Part shown: in pieces, positions 52,643 to 64,000 of the stretch | Numbering within the stretch: position 1 is the stretch's first letter | How the letters are laid out: each line of letters starts with the position of its first letter | Notes under the pieces: model-generated | The model's input: the letters and a program-made list of their open reading frames with translations, nothing else | The model's database searches: none | What the model was told of the DNA's origin: nothing | Position numbers and translations under genes: made by a program | Assembly: GCA_951406725.2 (NCBI GenBank) | Contig: OX597824.1 | Span: 32,922,001 to 32,986,000, forward strand | Reading direction: 5' to 3' | From: Octopus vulgaris | Taxonomy: Eukaryota | Length of the DNA stretch: 64,000 nucleotides

Positions 52643-54265
52643 GTAACGAACTGACAAATCTCTTTACGAACCAAAATTCAATATTCCTTGTGAACTAACC
52701 AACTGACACCTGACTTCACTGCGAACTAACATGAATGTCAGTTCACTCCAAACTCAGTCAGATCGTTACAATTTATACTTTACTCAGACCAGTCTACCTT
52801 TCACAAAGGGGCACCATAGCTCTCATCCCATCTCCACTTTTGAGATTTCAACTAGTGAGAAAGCAGAATTTCTTTATTTTAATTTTTTCTTTCTAATACC
52901 TCTCCCATTTTTTGATTTTTAGCTGTTGTATCTTAATTGTTGCCCAACTTTTAAGATAGTATTGTTCATTGCACACAGCACTTTTCTTTTCGTTGTACTA
53001 AGCATTCGTTTTTTTGGAGCAGGGAGGGATTAAAATCTTGTTTAGGTATAACTTTCAGATATTCTGTCTGCTTTCATTTTCTGAAGCTAGTTCTATGGGG
53101 TTTAATATCCCTTGGTGCTGGTACTTCAAAGATATCATAGAAGACTTCCATTGGTAAATACATCATGTTACCTAATCTTTTGATTACACAGCCATCCTCC
53201 CAACCTTCTTTACCATTTTTGTAATTTTTAAAATGAACTTTATCTCCTACTTTGAAAAGTAATATTTCTTGTATTTCCTTCAAATGTATTTTTCAATCTT
53301 TTTTTTTTCTTGGCAATAATTTATTGAAGATCGATTTTATTTTATATGCAAACATCAACTCTGTCGTTATCTAGTTCGTTCCTAGCTTTTCTTAGAGCTC
53401 TTTTGAACGTGTTGACAAATCTTTCTGCCTGCAACTTTGACCTCAGGTGGTAGAGTGGCGTAAAGATGTGCTTTATGGTTTGTATTTTGTAGAAATTTCT
53501 AAATTCAGATCCCATGAATTGTATTCAATGATCTGAAACTTAACATGTCTGGAACACCGTATCAAGCAAATAACTCAAGTAGGAACTTTATTGTTGTCTT
53601 TGCTGTGGGTTTATTACATCTGCATACCTCTAGCTATTCACAATGATTAGATAGTATGTGCCGTTCACTGGTCCAGCATAGTCGATATGTATCCTGGACC
53701 TTGGGCTCTGAGTCTCTGGCCATGATTGGTATTTTACAGGTGGTGCTTTGGTTGCTAACATGCAACTTCTACATGCTTTCACCAATTTTTCAATGTCCCT
53801 GTTCATAGTCGGCCAATATACAAAGCTCCTCATTAAACCTTACATTCTAGACATTCCCAGGTACTCACAGTGGAATTGTTGCAATACTCACTTCTGTAGT
53901 GCACTTAGCACTGCTACTCTCAACACGTACATTAAGACATTGTAATGTAGTGAGAAATAAATTGAATTTATATTTTTATTATTCTTTTTTTCAATGTTTC
54001 TTTCTTTCTTGTAATGTAACTATCCTCTACGGATTTCATTTTTATGTCATATGCTGTCACCGGCAGTTCCTGGATTAAATTACACACAATACTTCTTACT
54101 TCATTTTTTGGTTGCAATGATGCTATCATGGTCTCTTCTAGTGGTTCCACGCTCTTGGGAATTAGCCTTGATAAGTAGTCTGCATGATCTATTTTCCTTG
54201 ACAGAATATACTGCATCTTAAAATTGTAGTTCAGCAATATTGTACCCCAACATTGTAGTCAGTTT
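52643..54265 (-). mobile_element. Decayed Ty3/Gypsy LTR retrotransposon fragment (RNase H end, integrase, probable 3' LTR at about 52643-52817)
   Basis: LNYNFKMQY...DHADYLSRL, RSFVYWPTMNRDIEKLVKACRSC (zinc finger), RIHIDYAGP, FKVGDKVHFKNY. A purine tract precedes the putative LTR, which ends ...TTACA. Confidence 0.85.
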
Positions 54266-56069
54266 GATCCCTCCCCACACACTAAAATAGAGAGAGAACT
54301 AAAGAGATATTACATATATTATTATTATTATTATTATTATTATTACAACTACTACTACACTGTGTAACATGATTTTTGTCTTTGGGTAGCAACTATTATT
54401 TCCTATTTGCTTACCCCTAGAAGGTACGAGGAATGGCTTCAAACTTTGCTTTTGTTACATTCATTCAATCCCAAAGAATCCCTCTTAACACATGGCTATG
54501 ATGCTCCCCAATTACTCCTGTTCATGATCAGAGATACACATATTGTCAGCCACTAAGGCACATGCTCAAGTTATGATCCACCACTGACAAGTAAATCTGT
54601 GGTATTGAGCAGAATATTTGCTATAATGATATTTCTGCTTCAGCAATTCAGCAGTGAATCTGTTTGAAATGTAATGGAAAATAGGTTAGTTTCAAAACAT
54701 TGACATCCAGGTCACAAAAGCAAAGTTTGAAGGGAATAGTAGTCATTTCCTTTGACTTTTAGACCGAAGCAGATAGGAAATAACACTAACTGACCAAAAA
54801 CAAAAAAAAATTTTAATTTTGTTACACAGTGTTATAGTAGCTATTTCATTTCTGTAAAAGTAGTACCTATACACGGTTAATCATAACTAAAATATTTTTT
54901 TTTAAACTAGTGGGGAATGATACTGTCAAACTGGGTGCTTTTGGACACATTTTGCAAATTTTTTTTCAAAGACTTCTTTCCGTTGACTTCATATTTCCAG
55001 TATTGAGTGTTTTGAAACTAACCTATTTTCCATTACTGATTCATTTTCTCCCTGGTTGAAAATGAGGATATATGCTAGCATAGATCTTAGTGGTTTGATT
55101 GAAGAGTAAATAAAGGTTTGTGGACAGGTAGTTTCTCTCTATTTTCTTATTTTTAAGTAATTTGCTATTTATGAACAATGTCCAAAGCCACTCTGTTTGA
55201 TGGTACTGATGTGGACCCGTGAACCACAAAATTCAACAGTCATGACTTCAAACCTTACTACAATAAATGGGGTGACAACCACCCATAGCCCAAAATTTCA
55301 TTCTGAATCATAGATAACCTAGCTAACAATAAGTTTCACTTCTAACTTGCAGTTCAGAGGTTAGTTCTAGGAATGGTATACAAAAAAAAAAAAAAAAAAA
55401 AAAAACTGTTCCAACAAAAACTATTCAATCATTTGTACTATTCTTTTAATTATATATTCTGACATATGAATACACACACAAACAGAAAAAAATATTTATA
55501 ATCAAGAACAACCCCCAAACTATAGCAATTCATTTGTTATGGTCATACAAGAAAAAAATTGGTCAAAACAATGAGTAAAGCAATGTTGGTTTTATATAAA
55601 GCACAAATTCACACATGCAAGAGTCAGAATAGAACAACGATTTAACACGGAGTTAATTACAGGTAAAAATTATTTGTTAAGTTACAAATTTTGCCTTTAT
55701 TAATTATTATTAGTGAAAGGAACTGAAATATAAAACGTCTTCAATTTAAAAAACAAAAGGCTCAATCAAAACAGAAATTTCCCGTGAAACACAAAAATCA
55801 ATGAAATGACTAACATCTCAGTAATATGCAGAAAATTTTCAGTTGTATTAACAGAAATTAACTCCTGACGTAGAAAACTTAAAGTTCACTACTAAATTGT
55901 TCTTTGGCATGTGATACATTTGACTGAAAAGATGTGCATAAGAGTGAGTGTATAATATATATATATATATATATGTGTGTGAGTGAGTGTACACACAGAC
56001 ATATATATGTATGTATCAACATGTATGTACAGGAACAAATAAATAGATGGGTGTATTCATAAAACTTAC

Positions 56070-56312
56070 ATTGAAGTCTGTAGTCTTTTCTCGCTCTCTC
56101 TCCCTATGTTTATCTCTGGTTTGCCTTATATTAGCGAAATTTGGCCGGTATTCAGGAACGTTGTCAGTAATTTGAATATGAATTTCATTCATTTCATTAT
56201 TAGGTACAGTGGTCATTCGCTCAAGCCGATGCTGCCCACCTGTCGGACCCACTGCATGCATAGACCGGCGACCTCGATAGACACTGTCGATACATAGATC
56301 TCCATTCTCATC
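56070..56312 (-). CDS. CCDC9: CCDC9-like exon (243 nt, phase 0-0): DENGDLCIDSVYRGRRSMHAVGPTGGQHRLERM...REREREKTTDFN
   Basis: gttagcag|GATGAG...TTCAAT|gtaagt. Overlaps ORF 56016-56261; length is a multiple of 3. Confidence 0.85.
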
Positions 56313-56903
56313 CTGCTAACCATTTGATGTTCACAGCAACACAAGTAGAATTAAAGAAGAACAACTGATATAACAACCATATTACAGCCCATGACCAAAT
56401 AGTAGATAAAAAAAGAACAAGAAAATAAATGTAAACAAATTTTTACTCAGACATGGGAAGAAGAAATATTGAGAATTTAAGGCATTCATGCCTTTTTTGC
56501 CTTTTGGGAATCTATATGTATTTTATGATATGTCAGACGAATTAAGTTATCTTTCTATTGTCTCAATATTTAAAAATAAAAAAGAACAAAGTTAACAGTA
56601 GGAAGTACCATGGTACTGCTCTACTTCTCATCCCTAATAATTCTGTGTCATTCTCCTCCACCCCAACTACCAATGCTTTGATTTCTTTTATCTTCTATCT
56701 TACATTCGTTTCTGTCGTCAGACTGTGGCACTGCCTTGAAGACATTTTAGTTGAATGAGTCATGCCCAGGACTTATTTTCTTTTTAAGTCTGTTACTTAT
56801 TCTATTAGTTCTTTTTGCTGAACTGCTAGGTTACAGGGATATAAACACGCCAACAGTGGTTGTTGAGTAGTGGTGAGGGACAGACAGACACACAAACACA
56901 CAC

Positions 56904-56935
<32 letters not shown>

Positions 56936-56940
56936 TATAT

Positions 56941-57112
56941 TTATTCAGATAAAAAATTACTCCATATCCTAAGGGAATTGTTCCCTAGGTTCCCAGTTTC
57001 TTTTACCATACATTATTTATGAATTTCGTCTATCCGTATGAATGTATTTAAGCAAAAATATCATTATAAGAGATAATTCATTAAATGAAATTTAATGAAT
57101 TATCTTATGATG

Positions 57113-57120
<8 letters not shown>
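56941..57120. repeat. Short asymmetric fold-back inserted in the (TA)n tract of a SINE
   Basis: AAAATATCATTATAAGAGATAATTCATTAAAT-gaa-ATTTAATGAATTATCTTATGATGATGTTTT at about 57055-57119, with a left extension of about 115 nt. Confidence 0.65.
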
Positions 57121-57160
<40 letters not shown>

Positions 57161-58988
57161 ATGGGCCTTTTTCAGTTTCTGTCAACGAAATCCACTCACA
57201 AGGCTTTGATCAACCCAAGGTTATAGTAGAAGACACTTGCCCAAGGAGCCATGCAGTGGGACTAAACCTGCAACAATGTGGTTGGAAGAAAACTTCTTAC
57301 TACACAGTCATGCTTGCACCTATTTATTTTTGTTTGTTTAGTAACATATTTAGAGGAAGAAGAGCAGCACACATGATACTTTTCAGGGTCACTGTAACAT
57401 ATAAAAGGGAAGATGTCTTCAGAATGGAAATCTGGCCCCATTGTCTATAACAGAATGGTCTCTGCTAAAAGTAGTCACGGTTCAGGTGGTAGTATTAAAC
57501 TGTGTCACGTGATGTCAGTGTGATTGATGAGACAAGAAGTCCAGGAGAAATGCATCAGACAGAAGATGGATCTTGACACCATCTTTCATATTCAGTTGTT
57601 CCTGGCATGTTGTGTCCTTGAGCAAGACACTTTATTTCACATTGCTTCAGTCCACTTAGCCGGCAAAAATGAGTTAGCTGTACTTGTATTTCAGAGAGTC
57701 AGCCTTGTCACATTCTGTGTCATGCAGAATCTCCCTCAGAACTATGTTAAGGGTATACATGCTTGTGGAGTATTCAGCCATCTGCATGTTAATTTCACAA
57801 GCAGGGTGTTTTGTTGATCAAAATAACATTCATCATGGTAACCGACAGAGTACCACATATGCCCATGTTACGTAATCTCCATTCTGTACTAGAGATCTAA
57901 AATGCAAACTCTTTACAAAAAAAAAAATTTGGCAGTTTGAAATATTCTGTATACTCTCTGTAATGAACAACCATTGGTAGTACAGTATGACAAACTTGGA
58001 GTCAATGAATAGGTGAAGACTCATGAGTCATGAGCATCAAAGCAGTGATTTTGAGAGATAAACATCAGTAGACTTGGCCATGCTTTTAGAACTTCTAGAA
58101 TGTTCCTTTCAAAGAATGAAAAAAAACCTAGTGAGTCTGAAAAACTATATCAAAGACCAAACTAGTTGCAAGCTTCTACCGATGACAAAACTAAGAGCAT
58201 GCAACTATATAAAAGGCAGTCAGCTACTCAGAACAGACTTGTCGAAGAAGATTCATCAATGCCAATCAGAATTTAAAGTCTGCAGTAAAGTCTATTGTAA
58301 TCTTCATGTTATCTCCATTGATCCTACTTATGGCTTATACATTGGGTATATGTTTGCCAAGTTTGAATCTACCAAAGTGATGCAATCTTGATTTGGCCTT
58401 GTCAAACTCATCCTTTGAGTCCTTATCTCTTGAATTTTGCACTTCAAGATTTCAACAATTGCCTCTATCACATGTCAAAACTTGATGACTCTCTCTTCTT
58501 CCACCTGTGATGACAAAGTGCAACAAACAAAATGTCAAAGTAATTCATTCTCAGTGAACTCTTCACAGTTGTTTGTGCCCTTTATGAACTAACATATAAT
58601 CTTACTTCTACTTTTGTTATTTGATTTACAGAAGTCAAACAGTTGTTGAGGTGTACAAATAGTCTCAAAACAGAATGAATGAACGAATGAATCCATCCAT
58701 CCATACATACAAAATCCCTTTTTCTCTAAAGCTAATTCCAAAACACTTTGTATAAGCTACCTTTCTCTCTCTTATGTTTTCTAACCCCTGTTCATTGCAG
58801 AGTCAAAACCACAAAAACTGCTAGGTTGTCTAGAATGTCAATACAAAATTAGAAAAAAAAAAAAAAAAAAAATTACTGAATAAGATGTCATTATAAAAGG
58901 TAATTCTCTGCATACAAATGAGAAAAACGGTCAAATGAAACAAGCAGTTTCAGTGGAGAAAATAAAATCATGCAGAAAATAGTTATTG

Positions 58989-59221
58989 TTTAACCCTTTA
59001 GAATAAAGATCTTTTTCTCAAATGTAATACTTATTTATTCTCTTTTGTTTTGAATTAATCATGTATTGTCTTGTAGCTTCGAGATTTCAATGGTGCATTT
59101 GTATATTTGTAACAATGACATTGTAAGGTAGGTGTGAGAGATTTGGATCAGGTCAGTTTTAACATAAAACAGGTAAAAATATTTGGGCCAGATATGGCTG
59201 GATTAAATGCTAAAGGGTCAA
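58989..59221. mobile_element. piggyBac-type MITE, second family (also about 2727-3300 and 36525-37130, both SINE-interrupted; 40180-40388; 63008-63220)
   Basis: TTAACCCTTTAG...CTAAAGGGT(C/T)AA ends and a shared internal GACATTGTA..GTAGGTGTGAGAG...CATAAAACAGGTA. Confidence 0.75.
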
Positions 59222-60550
59222 TAGATGAAAATACTTGAATTTTCAAATTTTACAATTCATTAGTAATAGCAGTTAAATCTGGGATACAAATATTAATAAA
59301 CCCAAAATAAAACATATTAAAAAAAATAAAATCTACATGCTGGTTAATGTTTATAAAAGTAGCAAAAACATAAAATATGCATTCATGCATACTATTTAAA
59401 CTTTATAAAGTTTTATTTTTTTATTTATATCAAACATACATATATTAAGCGATACAGTTTTATCACAAAAATTATATGCCGTCATAATAAATATTTTTGA
59501 TGAACATTTGTCCACAATATTTTACATGAATGTATGTCTACAACATGTACATGGAATTCCCTAAAAGATTAAAATCTTAGTTATTTTAATCTTGGGAATT
59601 ACCATATTTGATGGCATATGGAACTCCCTCCCCCCAATGTCTCAAAAACATCATCCCAGGTCCTAAATGCAAACGTGGGCCTCCTATAAGCTTAATGAGT
59701 ATGTCCTGCAGGCCAATGCCAGTTTCATGCTGTCAGATATGCTAAGAACTAGCTTGACTATTACTTTCATTCACCGAGAAAGATTCAAAATAAATTGTCA
59801 AATACTAAATTAATACATATTACACAGCTTCTTCCATTCAGTTAACCAAAGTAAATGGGGACAGCAGTTTAAGATCAAAGAAAATATACAAGAAACAGCA
59901 TATTAAAAGAAATAATGATTCAATATAATTTATTTTATGATAAGCGTTAATGTAGAATTTTTGTCAGTTTGTGTTGTATCTTAGGAGGGTCATTATGCCA
60001 ATAATAAAGACATGCACTGATTGTAGTTCACTTTTTTAATATCTATTTGTCAATTGGTCAACCAATTGACTAATCAATTGTTTGATTAAGCATTCAGTTT
60101 TACTAATCAATCAAACGGTTATGCTTGTGAAAGCCCTTTTGTTGTTGTTCGTAACCTCACCAAAGACATGCCCTTTCTGCATCAGATTAGCTTCAGGTCT
60201 GTCTGTCTACTCAATATACATTATCTTGGGGGAGAATGCTACATACAATTATTTTATATCTTACTTTCTCTGTTGCTATACATTGGCTAAAACAGCAGGA
60301 ACTGAGTACTTGTAAACAGTTCTAGTCCTCCTAGAGAGATCAGGAACTATGTTTCACATATGTTCCATTTGGATTTTATTTTCTATAGCTGATACCCTTC
60401 CTATCACTAATGATTTTACAGAGAGTAACTGGGGGCAATTTATCACAGAATCAGATAGAAAGCCACTAAATAAACATCATTACTTTTCCTAATTAAACAT
60501 TATTAGTTTTCCTTAGTTATCCAAGCAAAATGTATACCTAAGACCATTAA

Positions 60551-60771
60551 CCCTTTCGTTACTGTATTTATTTTGAGATGCTCTGTGTTTCTTTCAATTA
60601 TTTTAAATATAACAAAGAATTTAGTAAAATAACTTAGTTATCATTAAACTAATATAAGGAATATAAATTGCAACTAAGGTTTGGTGGTATATTTTGATGC
60701 AAAACTTATGAAAACAAGACATTTGTACTACAGAGCCAGAGCTGGTTTTGGCCAGGTTGGTAATGAAAGGG
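60551..60771. mobile_element. piggyBac-type MITE
   Basis: TTAA|CCCTTTCGTTAC...GTAATGAAAGGG|TTAA. Confidence 0.85.
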
Positions 60772-61835
60772 TTAAGCAGTAAATTATTTACTGCAGTGCA
60801 TCTACTTACATCTCTGTATTTTATGCTCTCAATTTTTAAAATTTTATTTCATTGCCTCTGAATCCTTTTTCCATGATAGAATTGTTAAAATATATATCAT
60901 TTGCCTGATATAGAAATGTATCACTTCACAGAAGAGTAATCAGCATTAGAAATAATTCTGAAGTTTAAGACATCAGTTTCTAAAATGAACAGTTAAAAAT
61001 TGCAAAACTACCCAGGAGCGATAGAATGAGATAGAAATGTTACATAGATCCGGCTGAGATTTATCTTGAAATGGTTATCTTGCTTACAATAGCTGGTCAC
61101 CAGGGCAGACCTCATACTTGAACAATCTCATTAAAAATGAGGAAAATGAAAGATCTAATTTTCAACTAAAGACACTTATGTAGAGTGGATATCAACAATT
61201 CACAGAGTAAATTGGAAACCTTAGAATAGTAACTCCAACAGGGAACTGAAACAATGTAATAAATACAGTTCACCAATTCCTCTATTATAGATAGAAAGAA
61301 AGAAAGAAAAAATGAAAGAAGGAAGGATGGAAGGAAGGAAAACTCAACACATTAATGCTTCACTGATTTACATAGCTAAAACTAGAACAGATAATTGTAT
61401 CAATAGGGAATCTTAATCTGTAATGTAATAGATATTCTAGAACATTCCTCACAAAGTAAGAAAGAATCATTAAGAAAAATCTAATAAAAATCGGAATCCT
61501 TATCAAAATTATTTAATAAATAATGGTTCCAAATCTGAGCACAAAACCAGTAGTTTTGAGGGGAAGGGTTCAGTCAATACCACTGGCCCTAGTATTTGAT
61601 TGGTATTTCATTTTATTAATCCCAAAGAGATAAGGGTCAAAGTCAGCCTCAGTGGAATTTAAACTCAGAAGATAAAGAGCTAGAAGAAGTGCTAAGCATT
61701 TTGTTGCTCAACTTGCTTATGGTTCTGCCAGCTTGCGGCCTCATCCAATATCTGATCAATAATCTAAGTAATTTATTGATACCTTATAGCAAGTAAATAA
61801 ACCTTTACAATGAACTCATAGAATGGAATACATAC

Positions 61836-61928
61836 CAAAGACTTTGGTCGTTCTTTGACTCTGTTACCTGGGCCTTTGCCACGTATAGGTGGTTTTGGTC
61901 TCCTTTTCACTTCCAATTCAGAAAGAAT
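61836..61928 (-). CDS. CCDC9: CCDC9-like gene, first visible exon (93 nt, phase 0-0): ILSELEVKRRPKPPIRGKGPGNRVKERPKSL
   Basis: Minus strand tttcag|ATTCTT...TCTTTG|gtatgt. Only phase 0 is open, and the phase fits the next exon. Upstream exons lie outside the window. Confidence 0.75.
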
Positions 61929-62679
61929 CTGAAATATTCAAATTTGAAGATGAGATGAAGAAACAATTCAATCCACAAATATTTTACCCAAGATTCCATA
62001 TCCAACAATACTGAGTGGGAAATCATTATTTTTTTTTTAATAATGATTTCCCACTTTTCTTTTTACTGTAACCAAGGAAATTATTAGTACATTGCATGTT
62101 TCAAATAAAGCAAAGTCACCAGCAAATATAAGAAGGAAATCACATTTGCTAAAAGTTGTTTAACCTCTTTTAAATAAAAATGGGTAAAGTTAAGGTAATT
62201 TAATTTCTGGAATCTTCTCTTAAAAGTATTTATTTTAAACAGAAAATTAATTAATTGTATATTTTGTAAACTCCCACCCTATGCATGTATGTATATGCAT
62301 ATGTATGTGTGTGCACATGTGTGCATGTACACACACACACATGCACACACAAAATCTGCCAGAAGATAATATTCATTTAGACACCTTACTATTCCTAAAT
62401 TATAAGTCAAAAACAGAGGTGATAAAGCAACAAACTTAATTTGATACAAGATTGGAAAAACTGCAACAATAATTAAAACAACGCTGACATTTAGATTCAC
62501 AAGTTCCACTCATAAAGTGTTCATTAACCACAGCAACATAACTCAAACAACAATCAAAAGTGTATGTACCAAACAATGAACTTTTATTCTGATAGAAATA
62601 TTTCTCTATTTCCAAATCAGTTTATTCTTATTTCAGTTCAATTGTTATCTTATGTTATAGAAGAGAAATAGGTTATTTC

Positions 62680-62971
62680 ATTTTGGGATTTGGTTTGCAA
62701 GATTCGTTATATGAGTTCGTGTGTTGAAGCATATTCTGTTGTGTTTGGGGAGAGTCATTTTCTTTTTGTGCTTTATAATATAACACACTCATCGGTTAAA
62801 TTCCCACTTATTTCTTATTTTTATTTTCCTAAAGTCACGACTATTGAAAAGGTTGCAAGATGCAACAAAAATTTTAAGAAAATAAAAATAAGAAATAGGT
62901 GGAAATTTTACTGGTGGGTGTGTTACATTATAAGGCACAAGAAGAAAATGACTCTCCCCAGACACAACAGA
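62680..62971. mobile_element. Asymmetric fold-back element, family A, with 16-bp target site duplication
   Basis: Direct repeat AGAAATAGGTTATTTC at 62664-62679 and 62972-62987; inverted arms; degenerate hammerhead at 62841-62877. Confidence 0.85.
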
Positions 62972-63237
62972 AGAAATAGGTTATTTCTCCACTTAACTCT
63001 TTGGCATATAAGCCGGTCACATTTGGTCCAAATAGTCTACATGATTTATATACAAACCAGCCAGATCTGATCCCTCACACTTACCCTACAATGTCATTCT
63101 AAAAATCAACAATCCCATTGTCAAAATCTCAAAGCCTCAAGATAATGCATGGTTAATTTAAAGCAATGTAAATAAATAAATTTTAAATTTGACAGAGTAA
63201 TCTGAATGCTAAAGGGTTAAAGTTAATTTTAAATTTC

Positions 63238-63420
63238 GTTTATGTATTTGGTTTGCAAGATTCTTTATATGAATTCGTGTGTTGAAACATATTTTGTTGT
63301 GTCTGGGGAGAGTCATTCTGTTTCAATGCCTTATTAATTAACACACTCACCAGTTCAATTTCCACTCACTTATTTTTCTTCTAAAATTTTTGTTGCTTCT
63401 TGCCACTTCTTCAATAGTTG
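63238..63420 (-). mobile_element. Family A single-arm copy with degenerate hammerhead (UUGAAGA core, 63381-63416)
   Basis: Colinear with 62686-62833. Confidence 0.7.
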
Positions 63421-63689
63421 TTCACTATATTCTATTGAAGTATATTTCAAAAACATATTTTTAAATGAAATTTTTATGCATCAGAACAACTGATTAGATG
63501 CCTGCTCTTCAGATGAGAACATGTTGAAAGTAAGGCTGCTCTAGTACACACAACCTTCTTGTAATACTGATTCCTGCTGTGGGTAACAGTTTTTATATAA
63601 CTCATTTTCCTTCTCCTAAGGGAAAACATAGGAAATATAGAAGTCAAAATTACAAGCTCATAAAAATACTTAATACATATATTTATAAG

Positions 63690-63950
63690 AAATTAAAATG
63701 ACAAGAGAATAAGAAATTGTCATGAACTTCATTAGCTTACAGCTGTTTCTGCTACAAGGTGCAATGCACTCACTGTTGAATGCTTGTGTATCACCCTGTA
63801 GCTTCATCAGAGCTTTGTAAATGAAGTTTAATTTCCTTATTCCTTGTCATTTTAATTTATTACTGCTCTGTACTCAACTGACGCTTTGCTCTGAAGCATA
63901 TGTAGAGTTCCAGCACCAGGAGATTAGTGCAGCTATGCCTAAGTGAAATA
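63690..63950. mobile_element. Asymmetric fold-back element hosting the 63734-63814 hammerhead
   Basis: ATTAAAATGACAAGAGAATAAGAAATT...AACTTCATT against AATGAAGTT...AATTTCCTTATTCCTTGTCATTTTAAT, plus a tail of about 90 nt. Confidence 0.7.
63734..63814 (-). ncRNA. Type-I hammerhead ribozyme motif with canonical core
   Basis: Minus strand agct-CTGATGA-a-GCTACAGGGTG...CACCTTGTAGC-a-GAAACAGCTGTA-agct. 11-bp stem II, palindromic stem III, GUA triplet. Confidence 0.8.
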
Positions 63951-64000
63951 ATAATAATAATAATATAGATAAATAGATGTACAGACGGATAAGTGTACAA

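Overview
AT-rich, microsatellite-dense eukaryotic DNA. Its SINE/LINE content looks like an octopus (coleoid cephalopod) genome; this is an inference from repeat families recognised from memory. Most of the window holds the 3' part of one minus-strand multi-exon gene that I reconstructed by hand. Ten phase-compatible GT-AG exons between 61928 and 19668 give 3192 nt (1063 aa plus stop); the N-terminus lies beyond the window. The protein carries CCDC9/DUF4594 motifs (NYGGIDF; SMTGRERRQYMEWKAERDRVDKERIERQKSASGEWRREWDAEK), RG/G-rich tracts, a 2169-nt acidic low-complexity exon and a PAM2-like motif. Introns and downstream DNA contain a decayed mariner, an RTE-clade LINE, a Gypsy remnant, a Helentron-like non-autonomous element, piggyBac-type MITEs and several SINE families. 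The most unusual signal is a set of at least seven short asymmetric fold-back elements from about six unrelated sequence families, several of them in (TA)n tracts. Some of these, plus one non-fold-back insert, carry minimal type-I hammerhead ribozyme motifs with a palindromic, dimer-type stem III (63734-63814, 33086-33131, 33611-33658, 2046-2081 and paralogues). They look like non-autonomous Penelope-like, ribozyme-bearing retroelements, and one appears to have a tRNA-derived head. All coordinates were read by eye and repeat boundaries are approximate.
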